Shown piece after piece: positions 36,787-47,195 of a stretch of DNA of 64,000 bases. The stretch is taken from the IMG/VR virus record IMGVR_UViG_3300025699_000004; one strand, given 5' to 3'. Position numbers and translations under genes: made by a program. The notes under the pieces were generated by a model. It searched no databases. It had not been told where the DNA came from and was given only the letters and a program-made list of their open reading frames with translations. Each line of letters opens with the position of its first letter. Position 1 is the first letter of the stretch. This DNA comes from a virus.

Positions 36787-38686
36787 AAGTTTTATTTTTA
36801 ATTCCTCTATAATTAATGTATTTATCAGTTAAAATATTTAAATTACAATAATAATCAAAATAAGCAGGTTGACCATCTATATTTGAAGTCATAAGTATTT
36901 CATTTTCCATCTCCTTTGAATATGGAAGAACTTTATATAAAAAAGGATTACTGCAAACTATAGAATGATAACTTTCCTTACAAGCGAAGAATAAATCATA
37001 ATTAGGATATAAGACATTAAAAGATTTAAACAATCTCAAGGAATACAATACATCTTCTTCTGACCCACTACAAACAATTAAAGCTTTTTTATTTCCATCG
37101 TTTTTTATAACTTTTGAAAAATCAACAACTGATGTTTTCTCATTTTTTATAGATTCGTTTTCCGATATAGCAACTTGTTTGAAATGATTTAATACGGACT
37201 CCCTAGTCGCCCCTTGATTTAAAGAACTGGACCAATGCAAGACTCCCTTGTCGGTTTTAGGTAGATCTGATTTTAATATGTTTTTATATATATCTAATAG
37301 CCAATCAATATCGCTAGCTATTTCTGGAGGAGAATAATTAGGATCCCTTAGCTCCTTTTCGAATTTAAAATCGTAATCGTGGTCAGGCAAGCTGTCAATT
37401 ATGCCTTCGAGTTTTTTTCCCACGACTCCAATTGAATAATTATTCAACACATAATCTCTCGCTTTTTTTCCTAATTGAGATTTTTCGATTTCATCCATCT
37501 TGAAAACCTTTTCTAAATTAGAACTTATGCTTTCTGGACATGTACTAGCTTTAATGAACTGGGTTCCTGGCTCTCTATATTCATTCCAGTCGAGGGCGAG
37601 TCCGCCCGATTCTTTACTGCAAGAATCAGTTCCACAAGAGTAATTTGTGCATAAAGTTATTAATTCACAAAGCTTCGCTTCCTGCAAGGGTATTTCCTGA
37701 CCTCCACTAGTAAAAGGGTGACAGTAAACATCCATTAAATTATATATATTATTTAAGTCGTCTTCGGATATCCCTGAGGATATAGAAATTGTATTCATTG
37801 AACCTTTACTTCCGCACGAGCGACAATCTTGGTTGGCTCCTGAAAAAGGCCTAATCTCGAAAGAGGAGCATTTTTTGCAAAAATAAGTGCAGAGTATATC
37901 GGCGGGATCTATCTCTTTTTCCTTTATTAACCTAGGTATGTCCCAACCCTCTGAGAAATTAGTGTGTAAAAATAGTTTTGCATTTGAGTTCGGATTATTT
38001 TTTTTAAATTTTTTAAAACCTTCAAGCAAGTTCGGGACGCTTTTTCGGAGTTGATTTCTGAATACAAAACCTATAATAAAAGAATCAATAGGAATATTGA
38101 AAAAGTTCCTCATGAATTCTTTTTCCTCAAAGCTTTTTTTGTAAAAAAAGGAATCATCGACACTTCCATGAAGAGTTTTTACATCTTTGCACCCTAATTG
38201 ATTAAGCTCTTTTTCAGCAAAAGAAGACCAAACGTAATAATTTTTTGATTTAACCGCAGCATCGATAGCCTCTGGTAATATGGGTAAACTGTCTATAGTA
38301 GTCCAGATGATCGAATTAATCTTCTTCCACCAAGTTTTCTTTGTGTATCCACCTAGGCCCCAAATATCTTCAACCCCTATATATACATCTGGCTTTTCTT
38401 CTTTTATGATCTCGTCAATTCTTAAAGCTCCATAGGCCGCAGACCTCTGTACTCCTGGATCGCTATTCATTCTGTTTATAGAATTTTGATCGTTCGGGAG
38501 ACCTCCGACAGCTTTCCAGGGGAGGGTCTTTAGGTCTGGGTGATCCTTAGTGACTCCATTCGCTAATTCAATTATCTCATATTTACCTGTGGATGCTAAA
38601 TATTTTAATATGTTTTTTGCGTTTTTTCCAAACCCACTGAATAATCTGGAATGATTACTGTGGTATAAAATCTTTTTTTTTGACAT
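36764..38686 (-). CDS. GT4-family glycosyltransferase with C-terminal GT9 N-lobe-like domain
   Basis: FRNQLRKSVPNLLEGF; YNLMDVYCHPFTSGGQEIPLQEAKLC; C-terminal ALIVCSG..EDVL...YPNY...NPFLYKV. Confidence 0.75.
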   Translation of the reverse strand: MSKKKILYHSNHSRLFSGFGKNAKNILKYLASTGKYEIIELANGVTKDHPDLKTLPWKAVGGLPNDQNSINRMNSDPGVQRSAAYGALRIDEIIKEEKPDVYIGVEDIWGLGGYTKKTWWKKINSIIWTTIDSLPILPEAIDAAVKSKNYYVWSSFAEKELNQLGCKDVKTLHGSVDDSFFYKKSFEEKEFMRNFFNIPIDSFIIGFVFRNQLRKSVPNLLEGFKKFKKNNPNSNAKLFLHTNFSEGWDIPRLIKEKEIDPADILCTYFCKKCSSFEIRPFSGANQDCRSCGSKGSMNTISISSGISEDDLNNIYNLMDVYCHPFTSGGQEIPLQEAKLCELITLCTNYSCGTDSCSKESGGLALDWNEYREPGTQFIKASTCPESISSNLEKVFKMDEIEKSQLGKKARDYVLNNYSIGVVGKKLEGIIDSLPDHDYDFKFEKELRDPNYSPPEIASDIDWLLDIYKNILKSDLPKTDKGVLHWSSSLNQGATRESVLNHFKQVAISENESIKNEKTSVVDFSKVIKNDGNKKALIVCSGSEEDVLYSLRLFKSFNVLYPNYDLFFACKESYHSIVCSNPFLYKVLPYSKEMENEILMTSNIDGQPAYFDYYCNLNILTDKYINYRGIKNKTFELYEQT

Positions 38687-38692
38687 CTTTAA

Positions 38693-39301
38693 TTAAAAAG
38701 GTACGTCTTCCATGTCGTCTTCATCTTCCCCTGTATCTTCTGCCGCAGGAGGTGCAGATTTTGGCGAGCTCTTTGAGGAGTAAGAATTATGTTTATTTAT
38801 CTTGAATTTTAAACTCTCGTTTATAAATATCGACAATAAGGTGGATAGAACTTCTATTTCTCCAGGTTCTACGGCTATTTTAAACGAATTGCCTTTACCT
38901 TTTGAGATAGTTATTCCAAAAGCTGGAACTATAATTTTCTCGTCTTTAAACGACTTCGTCGAAGGGTCGTATTTAGAAATCTTAGAAGGTTTATCCCATG
39001 GCGAGAGCTTTATAGTGGTACTGGAGCCTTCGTAAGAATGAAACGTGGTGAAGTCTCTCCTGTCTCTAAAAGCGCTGATTATTTCTCCGCACTCCAGTTC
39101 GTTTATCTTTACATTCACCGTTTTTTCTGGATTTTTGGCATTACCTCCAAAAGTTCCTATTTTCTTACCCTCGTCCCATGAGAACTGAGATATAGCGCTT
39201 ATATAAAGAGATGGAGGATTTCCATTGCTACCCTTACTTAATGCAAAAGTGAATGCAGCTCCCGCGTTTTTACTATTTGGTTTGTATATTTGTATTGACA
39301 T
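38693..39301 (-). CDS. putative single-stranded DNA-binding protein
   Basis: Beta-rich core, flexible linker, acidic tail EDEDDMEDVPF like SSB-Ct; in replication cluster. Confidence 0.5.
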   Translation of the reverse strand: MSIQIYKPNSKNAGAAFTFALSKGSNGNPPSLYISAISQFSWDEGKKIGTFGGNAKNPEKTVNVKINELECGEIISAFRDRRDFTTFHSYEGSSTTIKLSPWDKPSKISKYDPSTKSFKDEKIIVPAFGITISKGKGNSFKIAVEPGEIEVLSTLLSIFINESLKFKINKHNSYSSKSSPKSAPPAAEDTGEDEDDMEDVPF

Positions 39302-39833
39302 TTTCTTTTATGTATTCTTGTAGATAATTACTATCTGTTATTAAATGAGTATATTTTTTTATTAAAGCGCTTTTCGTGCAACTTGGGCATCTAGCTCCGC
39401 CTGACCCTTCGACCTCTTTCTCGTATATAGACCTCAACTCGTCGCATCCTTCAAAAGAACACGGCTCTTGGCTGAAAAAATTATCTATCTCACTTGAATG
39501 ACTGTCTTCGTTGATGAAATTATTAAAAATAGATTCGCCTTTTAGGTTTTGTACATCTATGAAGGATTTTAAAGAATCAACATCGTCAAAAACATATTCT
39601 ACGATATCAGAGTATTCCTGTTTGGGTATATATGCCACGTCTTGAATGTTATTATTTAAGTCCCAAGCTAAACCATAGGTAAAGTCTTTGTTTTGTTTTA
39701 TCTCGCTGGAATTAATGAATTCAGCCAATTCGCTAGCATCATTAAATGATTTATATATAATCTTCTCAGAGTTTTCTTCTTTGTAGATTTGTTCTATTTC
39801 TCCATTTGAGAGAACTAATTTTATTTTCTCCAT
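39273..39833 (-). CDS. hypothetical protein with C-terminal Cys motifs
   Basis: CSFEGC...CPSC. Confidence 0.6.
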   Translation of the reverse strand: MEKIKLVLSNGEIEQIYKEENSEKIIYKSFNDASELAEFINSSEIKQNKDFTYGLAWDLNNNIQDVAYIPKQEYSDIVEYVFDDVDSLKSFIDVQNLKGESIFNNFINEDSHSSEIDNFFSQEPCSFEGCDELRSIYEKEVEGSGGARCPSCTKSALIKKYTHLITDSNYLQEYIKENVNTNIQTK

Positions 39834-39854
39834 ATTTATTAATACAAAATAAAA

Positions 39855-42263
39855 TCAAAAAATCAAGCTGTTTTTATTTATATTGATGTTTTTTCCCTGT
39901 CCTTTTATTATAAATTCAGAGACTTGGTTTTCAATATTTTTTTGTATTAATTTTTCAACTGGTCTTGCTCCAGAATTCAAAGATAAAACTTTAGAAACTA
40001 GCTCTTCTATGGCATCTTCGGCAATATCTAAATTTATATTTTTTGATTTTAGCTTATTTGCTAATTTTTCAATTTGATTGTTGACTATTTTCCTTATTTC
40101 AACCCTTGTGAAGTTGTTAAATATCACAATATCATCAATCCTGTTGACGAATTCTGGGCTGAATTGTTTTTTCGAAAGCTCGATTATTTTATCTTCATGC
40201 GATTCTGAAGTGGGAGAAAATCCTATAGAGGGAGTTTTATCTAGAATCTCAGCCCCTAAGTTGCCAGTCATGATTATGATTGAATTTTTAAAATCACTGA
40301 CTCTCCCAAACCCATCCGTAACTCTACCTTCCTCCAATATTTGAAGTAGAACATTTATAACTTCAGGATGAGCCTTTTCTATTTCATCGAACAAGACCAC
40401 ACTATAAGGAGATTGTTTTATTCTGTCTGTCAGCTGACCTCCGTCTTCGTAGCCTACATATCCTGGCGCTGCACCTATTAACCTAGATACATTTATTTTT
40501 TCGGAAAATTCAGACATATCTAAGGCTATCAAATTGGATTTGTCTCCAAAATATTCTTCAGCCAAAGCCTTTGCTAGGAGTGTTTTTCCTACTCCGCTTT
40601 TGCCCAAGAAAAGGAAAGACCCTATTGGTCTCACGTGCTCTCTTAGGCCGCTTTCAGCTCTCATTAAGCAATTGTGGATTGAATCTACAGCTCCCTGTTG
40701 GTGTAAAACTTTTTTATTTAATTTTTTGTTTAAATTTAAGACCACTTCTGCATTTTGCCTAGATAGCCTTTCGGAAGGAATACCCGTCTTTGAAGACATT
40801 ATTTCATAAATATCATCACAGGTTACATAGAAATTTTTCTGTTTATATTCTTTCATCCAATTAGAAAGAATATCTTTGTATTTTTCTATTAACTTTTCTT
40901 GCCGCTTCTTTAAGGAATGCGCTTTTTTGGGATTATCGTCTTCCTTTTTCATTAACTCTTCTATTTGAAGTTCTATTCTTTTTGCTGAGTTGGGTTTGTG
41001 GAAATTTTTCATTTTAACCCTAGAGCCCGCTTGATCTATAATGTCTATAGCTTTATCAGGGAAGTGCCTATCGTTTATATATCTATCAGAAAGTTCTATA
41101 GCTAAATTTACTGCGTTTTTCCTATATTTTACATGGTGAAAATCTTCATATTTATTTAAAATCCCCTGTATTATTTTAGACGTCTCTTTTTTACTCGGCT
41201 CTTTTACTTTTATTTCTTGAAATCTTCTTTGGAGTGCGGAATCTTTTTCTATAGATTTTGAATATTCTTTACTTGTAGTTGCCCCTATGCATTTTATAAA
41301 GCCTTTTGATAATGCTGGTTTTAGTATGTTAGCCGCATCCATACTACCTTCCGCCGACCCAGCTCCTATTAAGGTATGTATCTCATCTATAAATAAGATG
41401 ATTTTTTCATTATTAGAGGCTTCATCTATTAAGGATTTTAACCTTTCTTCGAATTGACCTCTATATTTTGTTCCAGCTATCATTCCTGCAAGATCTATCT
41501 CGTAAATTATTTTATCTAATAAGAAATTAGTAACATCTCCGCTAACTATTTTTTGAGCAAGCCCCTCAATTAATGTTGTTTTCCCTGTTCCTGGAGGGCC
41601 AGTGAGTATCGGATTGTTCTTATTTCTTCTGCACAAAATTTCAGATAACTCGTTTATTTCGAGATCTTTTGAAATAATGTTGTCAAATTTCCCAGAAATA
41701 GCTAATTCATTATAATTAATAGCATAAGAGTTGAAGAACTCTGAGTCAGCCGATCTTTTTTCGACATCTTTTCTTTTGGGGGATTTTTTTTCCTCCCATT
41801 CGCCACTTATGAAGAAGTTTTTTAACTTTTCTCTGCCTTTTTCTACATCTACATTGAAGTCATTAAGTAAATTTGGCAATGGGGATTTTTCATATACCAA
41901 TAATATATAAAAAAGGTGCTCTATGCCTACATAACCATGCTCTAGTTCGTCGGCAAAAGAAAAAGCTAGTTTGAATACTTTTTTGTAATGAGTATCGTAA
42001 TCAATATCTTTTTGGTTGAAGTTTGAATCTAAAGAATGTATTGAGGCGGTTTTTTCAAAATCAAAAACCAAAAGTTTAAAATCTTCCAAAGATACATTAA
42101 CATCTTGAAAAAAACTAAGTATAGTCGATTGCTTTGATTCTAAAATAGAAAAAAGCAGGTGTGATAAGTTAATATCATGAGATCCCAAACTTTCAGCTAG
42201 ATTTTTCGAACTCGATATGGCTTTTTGAACCCTTGGGGTAAAGTTATATTTTTTCATTCTCAT
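39855..42263 (-). CDS. clpC: ClpC/ClpA-type Hsp100 AAA+ unfoldase
   Basis: Two Clp_N repeats; GPPGTGKT/FIDEIH; GKSGVGKT/FDEIEKAH; ClpP-docking loop SIGFS. Confidence 0.9.
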   Translation of the reverse strand: MRMKKYNFTPRVQKAISSSKNLAESLGSHDINLSHLLFSILESKQSTILSFFQDVNVSLEDFKLLVFDFEKTASIHSLDSNFNQKDIDYDTHYKKVFKLAFSFADELEHGYVGIEHLFYILLVYEKSPLPNLLNDFNVDVEKGREKLKNFFISGEWEEKKSPKRKDVEKRSADSEFFNSYAINYNELAISGKFDNIISKDLEINELSEILCRRNKNNPILTGPPGTGKTTLIEGLAQKIVSGDVTNFLLDKIIYEIDLAGMIAGTKYRGQFEERLKSLIDEASNNEKIILFIDEIHTLIGAGSAEGSMDAANILKPALSKGFIKCIGATTSKEYSKSIEKDSALQRRFQEIKVKEPSKKETSKIIQGILNKYEDFHHVKYRKNAVNLAIELSDRYINDRHFPDKAIDIIDQAGSRVKMKNFHKPNSAKRIELQIEELMKKEDDNPKKAHSLKKRQEKLIEKYKDILSNWMKEYKQKNFYVTCDDIYEIMSSKTGIPSERLSRQNAEVVLNLNKKLNKKVLHQQGAVDSIHNCLMRAESGLREHVRPIGSFLFLGKSGVGKTLLAKALAEEYFGDKSNLIALDMSEFSEKINVSRLIGAAPGYVGYEDGGQLTDRIKQSPYSVVLFDEIEKAHPEVINVLLQILEEGRVTDGFGRVSDFKNSIIIMTGNLGAEILDKTPSIGFSPTSESHEDKIIELSKKQFSPEFVNRIDDIVIFNNFTRVEIRKIVNNQIEKLANKLKSKNINLDIAEDAIEELVSKVLSLNSGARPVEKLIQKNIENQVSEFIIKGQGKNININKNSLIF

Positions 42264-42271
42264 TTTTAAAT

Positions 42272-42276
42272 TACAC
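42272..42276 (-). promoter_or_regulatory. GTGTA-class promoter motif
   Basis: AAGGTGTAATTTAAAAATG. Confidence 0.5.
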
Positions 42277-42279
42277 CTT

Positions 42280-44838
42280 TTATTTTAAATCCGATAATTT
42301 CATGTATATTTTTTCGTCAACGATAGATAGGTCGTCTAAAAATAAGACATCTTCGCCTTTGGCTCCAAAAATAATTACTATGCTATTTTTTTCAGGAAGT
42401 TTACTTTTCGACTTAAATCTACTAAGTGTTTTTTGTCTACCATCGACCATTATTGCATTAAACTTCCCGTATTCATCGTTTATAGTTAGCTTCATGTAAT
42501 CATTTCCATTTTTACTTTTTCGACAAAAGGAATCTTCCACAAAGCCTATGTACTTTGATTTGTCCCCTATTTCGGAAGAATGAAAATGTAATGAATTTTT
42601 TAGAGATTGAGAGCTTTGAGAAAAAACCTCCCTGAGGTCTTTGCTATAGCTAAAACCAAGCAAAAATCTTTCAAAATACCAATTCGCAAAATCTTCATAC
42701 CTTCTGTTCTTTTCGTAAATTTCTTTATATGAAAAATAATTCTTTTTAAGCGTCTCGAATCTTTTCCTTGGCATGATGGCTCTTCCGTCATCGCCCGATT
42801 GTTGATTGGTTACAACGTCATGTATAGAATTTAATATATCGTAATTATATTTCTCCCCTAACTTTACGAAATTTCTCTTTTCCCTATCTGTTAATAAATT
42901 AAAAACCTGAGCTTCCAGAACTAATCTAGGTCTCTTTATTTTGTAACTAGACAAGGCTCCAGCCTGTATCAAGCATGAAACAATGCCTATGTTTAACCCC
43001 GATTGTTTTGCCGCTAGAAATATGTCATATTTATGAGGCTTTTCTGAATCAATAAACTCCTTCAGAGACTTTAATGATTTTTCGCTAATACCTTTTATGC
43101 TGTTTAATCCAAATCTTATATTATCGCCTTCTATTGAAAAGTCCATAGAAGATAAAGTTAAATCTGGAGGTAATAGCTTTATATTAAAAAAGGGGAGGTC
43201 TTGGCATATTTTGTTTATTTCGTCCTGAGGGTTGGGCTCATACCTAGTCATCTCTAGTAGGCTCAGGAAGAACTCCTTTGGATGGTTGAATTTAAAATAA
43301 ACAGTCCACGCAGCCAAAACAGAATAGCAGAGCGAGTGGCTTTTATTAAAGGAGTAATTAGCGCTATCTTCAGCGACTTTCCACAAAACCAAACCGACTT
43401 CTTCGTCTAAACCTTTGTCTTCTACCATTTTTATTATTTTATTCTTCCATTTTGGCATTTGATCTATTTTTTTCTTGCCAACGATTCTTCTGATTTGCTC
43501 CGACTCATCCAAAGTGAAGCCTATCTTGACCGCCATTTTCATTAATTGCTCTTGATACAAGGGTATGCCTCCTGTATAATTCAAAACATCGTCAAAGAAC
43601 TCATGAATACTTTGGAATTCGCCAGTTCGAGAGTATCTTTCGTAATGGCTTATAAAGTCCATAGCCCCTGGACGAGCTATCGCTATGACCGCACTGAGCT
43701 CTTCTATATTTTTAGGTTTTATTTTTTTGCAAACCATATAATTTGCGTCAGCTTCTATCTGAAATAAACCATGCGGAGTTCTTAAATTAGACAAATTTTT
43801 ATAAATCTCTTCTGAGTCTAGGTCAATATTTGCTGGGCTTATGCCGACCATTTTTGCCGTTTTATGGATTGCAGTTAAAGTTCTTAATCCTAGGATATCA
43901 AACTTAACCATTAGCTCTGCAACATCATTCATGTCGTAACAAGAGACTAGAGCCCCTTCTGAAGTTCTCTGAGTGGGACAAATTTCAGCTATAGGCTTGT
44001 GGGAAATAGCTATTCCTGAAGGATGGACTCCAGTATTTTTATTCAGCCCTTCAAGCTTTAACGAAATTTTATAAATCGATTCGTTTTTATCGCAAAATTC
44101 AGAAAACTTTTCGCTAGCACCTTTAGCTTCGGACAATTTCATAACTATTCCAAAGTTCTTTGGAATGGAGTCGCTAATTAAATTAACTTCTTGTTCTGAG
44201 AGACTCCCAACTAATTTTCCACATTCTTTTATGCAAAGTTTACCGCTTAAAGTATTTAATGTGAGAATTTTTGATGTTCTGTTAGGGTGTTTTCTTTCAA
44301 TGTAATTAATAACTGTTTGCCTGTACTCGTAAGCAATATCATTGTCTACATCCGCAAGCAAACTTCCGTCAAGATATGTTATTCCGTCTTCTATTATTTT
44401 TTTCGCCCTACTCTTTGAAACAAAACGCTCAAAAAATAAATCATATTTTATAGGATCTACATCTGTAACTCCAATTAAAAAAAGAACTAATGATCCCGCC
44501 GCGCTCCCTCTTCCTGGCCCAGTAGGGATTTTATTTTCATGGCAAAAATTTATAACATCCCAATTTAATAAAATATAATCAATGAATCCTAGAGAGTTTA
44601 ATATTTTAAGTTCTTCCGAAAGTCTAGAAATGTAACTGTTATAATTATCTTTAGAGTTTATGTTTTTGACTTCGATGCCTTTCAAGCACATCTTTTCTAG
44701 GAATTCAAAATTATCTACTTTTAAATCAATGCCATTTTCTATATAATGCTTTTCATCTATTGTTATTTCTGGCAATCTCACTCCCGCAGGGACACATCCC
44801 TCGTAAGAATCAAATTCGTTATAAAAATCTTCGCTCAT
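42280..44838 (-). CDS. dnaE: DNA polymerase III alpha, catalytic part lacking PHP domain
   Basis: GPGRGSAAGSL, FERF, DVDND, HPSG, KFDILGL, YQEQ, FNKSH, RFGL..IKG; begins after the PHP region. Confidence 0.93.
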   Translation of the reverse strand: MSEDFYNEFDSYEGCVPAGVRLPEITIDEKHYIENGIDLKVDNFEFLEKMCLKGIEVKNINSKDNYNSYISRLSEELKILNSLGFIDYILLNWDVINFCHENKIPTGPGRGSAAGSLVLFLIGVTDVDPIKYDLFFERFVSKSRAKKIIEDGITYLDGSLLADVDNDIAYEYRQTVINYIERKHPNRTSKILTLNTLSGKLCIKECGKLVGSLSEQEVNLISDSIPKNFGIVMKLSEAKGASEKFSEFCDKNESIYKISLKLEGLNKNTGVHPSGIAISHKPIAEICPTQRTSEGALVSCYDMNDVAELMVKFDILGLRTLTAIHKTAKMVGISPANIDLDSEEIYKNLSNLRTPHGLFQIEADANYMVCKKIKPKNIEELSAVIAIARPGAMDFISHYERYSRTGEFQSIHEFFDDVLNYTGGIPLYQEQLMKMAVKIGFTLDESEQIRRIVGKKKIDQMPKWKNKIIKMVEDKGLDEEVGLVLWKVAEDSANYSFNKSHSLCYSVLAAWTVYFKFNHPKEFFLSLLEMTRYEPNPQDEINKICQDLPFFNIKLLPPDLTLSSMDFSIEGDNIRFGLNSIKGISEKSLKSLKEFIDSEKPHKYDIFLAAKQSGLNIGIVSCLIQAGALSSYKIKRPRLVLEAQVFNLLTDREKRNFVKLGEKYNYDILNSIHDVVTNQQSGDDGRAIMPRKRFETLKKNYFSYKEIYEKNRRYEDFANWYFERFLLGFSYSKDLREVFSQSSQSLKNSLHFHSSEIGDKSKYIGFVEDSFCRKSKNGNDYMKLTINDEYGKFNAIMVDGRQKTLSRFKSKSKLPEKNSIVIIFGAKGEDVLFLDDLSIVDEKIYMKLSDLK

Positions 44839-45476
44839 ACTTCAACCTCCCACAATAACTTCATTAAAACTTCATAAGTTTTTTCCACATCATATAAAGC
44901 ATCATGTAATTTTGATTCGTCGAAATGTATTGAGTAATCTTGACACATTTGTTTTAAGTTTGTTTTTATACCTTTTTTTCGATTGTGTAAAAGTTTATAT
45001 TGCCATTCAAGCCTGCCGTGCTTCTCGGATTTAGGTATGTTTAATTTTAAAGCTCTAGCCAAACAATTGGTGTCCAGAAGTCTATCTAAATAAGAAAAAT
45101 CTGAACTTAAGCCGTTTAGTTTTCTATGGATATTGTGAATATAAACATCAAAACCTAAGACATTGTGGCCGCATATTAAGTAGTTCGAGTCATAAAGAAA
45201 AGATTCGAACTTACTAAGCACTTCTGAAGAATTTTTTTTCTCTTTTTTGTATTTTGTTAAAGAGAAGCCTGTAATTCTGGCGGCTTCTTTTGAAACTTTC
45301 AAGTCGTCCCATTCGATTAAAAAATTATACCTCTCTAAAATTTTATTTTTATCGCAAATTATATAACCAATTTGCCAAGGTTTATTGTTAAACGATCCTA
45401 AGTTTAAATTGCAGGTCTCGTAGTCAAAAACTAAAAATTTTTGATCTTTTTTGAATCTTATTAGTTCGTCATTCAT
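44835..45476 (-). CDS. DEDDh 3'-5' exonuclease (DnaQ-like)
   Basis: VFDYET, GHNVLGFD, HDALYD. Confidence 0.88.
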   Translation of the reverse strand: MNDELIRFKKDQKFLVFDYETCNLNLGSFNNKPWQIGYIICDKNKILERYNFLIEWDDLKVSKEAARITGFSLTKYKKEKKNSSEVLSKFESFLYDSNYLICGHNVLGFDVYIHNIHRKLNGLSSDFSYLDRLLDTNCLARALKLNIPKSEKHGRLEWQYKLLHNRKKGIKTNLKQMCQDYSIHFDESKLHDALYDVEKTYEVLMKLLWEVEV

Positions 45477-46432
45477 ACCTCTGTGTAATTTACATTTTTT
45501 AATGAATTTAAATCATCTCCTCCAGCGTAACTAATTGAGCTCTGGAGATCTTGGGTGATTTCAAGTAATTTGTCTCCAAAGCTCATTCCGTTAGTTGTGA
45601 TTTTGTTTAACTTACCTTCTATGTTGTTGTTATGGCCTTTGTTTTCCGCACTAGCAGAACCAAAATACGCTTTGTGCTTAATTCCATCTATTTCTATTAT
45701 AGAAGCTGGACTATCTGTGCAGGATGCAAATAGACTTCCAGACATTACAGCCGACGCTCCTGCAACAATTGCTTTCGCAATATCTCCATTGCATCTTATT
45801 CCCCCGTCCGCAATTATGGGGACGCAGTGACCATTATCGAGAGTAATGTTTGAGCACTGCTTGACACATGTAAACATCGGAACAGTGAATCCTGTTTTAT
45901 CCTTAGTGGTGCAAGGCGAACCTTGCCCAATTCCAACTTTGATAATATCAGCCCCCCATTCCGCTAAATCTCTAACAGCTCTAGGAGTTGCAACGTTCCC
46001 CGCTATGATTTTTGCTGATGGAATGTGCTTTTTCACGCATTCGATTGTAGATTTCATTCTATAACAATGCCCATGAGCAATATCAATTGTAATGTAATCA
46101 ATTCTTTGCTTGTGTTTAGAAAAATAGATTATACTCTTCTTGTCTTTTATTTTAACTCCCATGCTTACGGAAATTGTACTCCAATTTTCTTCATTCATTT
46201 GAGTTACTACATCTTTAAGATCATTTCCGAATCTATGCATTATATAAAAATAGCCATCTTCACTTAATGCTTTTGCCAAATCCATATCTATTACTGATTT
46301 CATGTTAGCGGCTATAATTGGCAGCATGAACTTTGTTCCGCATAAATCTACGGAAGGATCACAATCAGACCTGCTGAAAACTTCGCTATAGTTAGGAATG
46401 AGAGATATGTCTGAATATTTAAGACTTTTCAT
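45473..46432 (-). CDS. guaC: GMP reductase
   Basis: IDIAHGH, AGNVAT, KVGIGQGSPCTT, IIADGGI, LQSSISYAG; short, no CBS domains. Confidence 0.88.
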   Translation of the reverse strand: MKSLKYSDISLIPNYSEVFSRSDCDPSVDLCGTKFMLPIIAANMKSVIDMDLAKALSEDGYFYIMHRFGNDLKDVVTQMNEENWSTISVSMGVKIKDKKSIIYFSKHKQRIDYITIDIAHGHCYRMKSTIECVKKHIPSAKIIAGNVATPRAVRDLAEWGADIIKVGIGQGSPCTTKDKTGFTVPMFTCVKQCSNITLDNGHCVPIIADGGIRCNGDIAKAIVAGASAVMSGSLFASCTDSPASIIEIDGIKHKAYFGSASAENKGHNNNIEGKLNKITTNGMSFGDKLLEITQDLQSSISYAGGDDLNSLKNVNYTEV

Positions 46433-47189
46433 TTTCTAAAAAACTTTCTACTGAGAACTCCTTGCTTCCGCAATGAGTTAGCCCTGGATTGTTCAATCCA
46501 AAATCTCTAGAACCGTACCTTCTGTTGCAAATACATCTATATGTTTGATAAGACTCAAAGTCTTCTCTGTTCTTGTACAAAATAGTTTTAGTTAAAAAAT
46601 ATTTAAACCGATTCTCCTCGCAGAAATTTAATACTTTAGAAGTTATTAAAGGGTCGAATGGTAAGTTATTCTCTTCTATGAAAAAAGTAGGCTCAAAAAA
46701 TGAAAAATCAGGAATGCAGTTTTTGAAAAACATAGTGTTATTGAAAATAAAAGAATCGTAAAAAGGTATGCAAACAGATATCAAATCTTTTTTAAAAAAT
46801 TTTTTTAAATATGAGTAATCAATGACCCCTCCTCCTTCGGAATAGCAAAAACTGTAAATTTTATTTAATAACTTACAGCCTTCGGCGTTTTTTGCGAAAA
46901 TTATAATTTTACTGCTGTCTTCTGATTCTGATTTTTTATCAAAAGTATCTAAATTTGAACATATATTTATATTTAACCCAAATATTAAATTTAAATCGAG
47001 TTCTTTGCTTTTTTTAAAAGACCTAAGGAATCCCGTTAAAGAGTCCTCGACTAAGATTAAGTTTTTTATATTATTTTCAATGCATATTGAAAAAATACTA
47101 TCTTTGCCGCCTTCTTTTGTCTCGCTTGGGTCTTCTAGCGTTAATATACTCTTGCCTATTGAGAAATGAGATTTAAATAATGGAAGCAT
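46419..47189 (-). CDS. stand-alone PHP domain of DNA polymerase III alpha
   Basis: LFKSHFSIGKSIL, EDSLTGF, IFG, FAKNAEG.KLLNKIYS match the DnaE N-terminus; metal ligands degenerate. Confidence 0.8.
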   Translation of the reverse strand: MLPLFKSHFSIGKSILTLEDPSETKEGGKDSIFSICIENNIKNLILVEDSLTGFLRSFKKSKELDLNLIFGLNINICSNLDTFDKKSESEDSSKIIIFAKNAEGCKLLNKIYSFCYSEGGGVIDYSYLKKFFKKDLISVCIPFYDSFIFNNTMFFKNCIPDFSFFEPTFFIEENNLPFDPLITSKVLNFCEENRFKYFLTKTILYKNREDFESYQTYRCICNRRYGSRDFGLNNPGLTHCGSKEFSVESFLENEKS

Positions 47190-47195
47190 TTAGAC

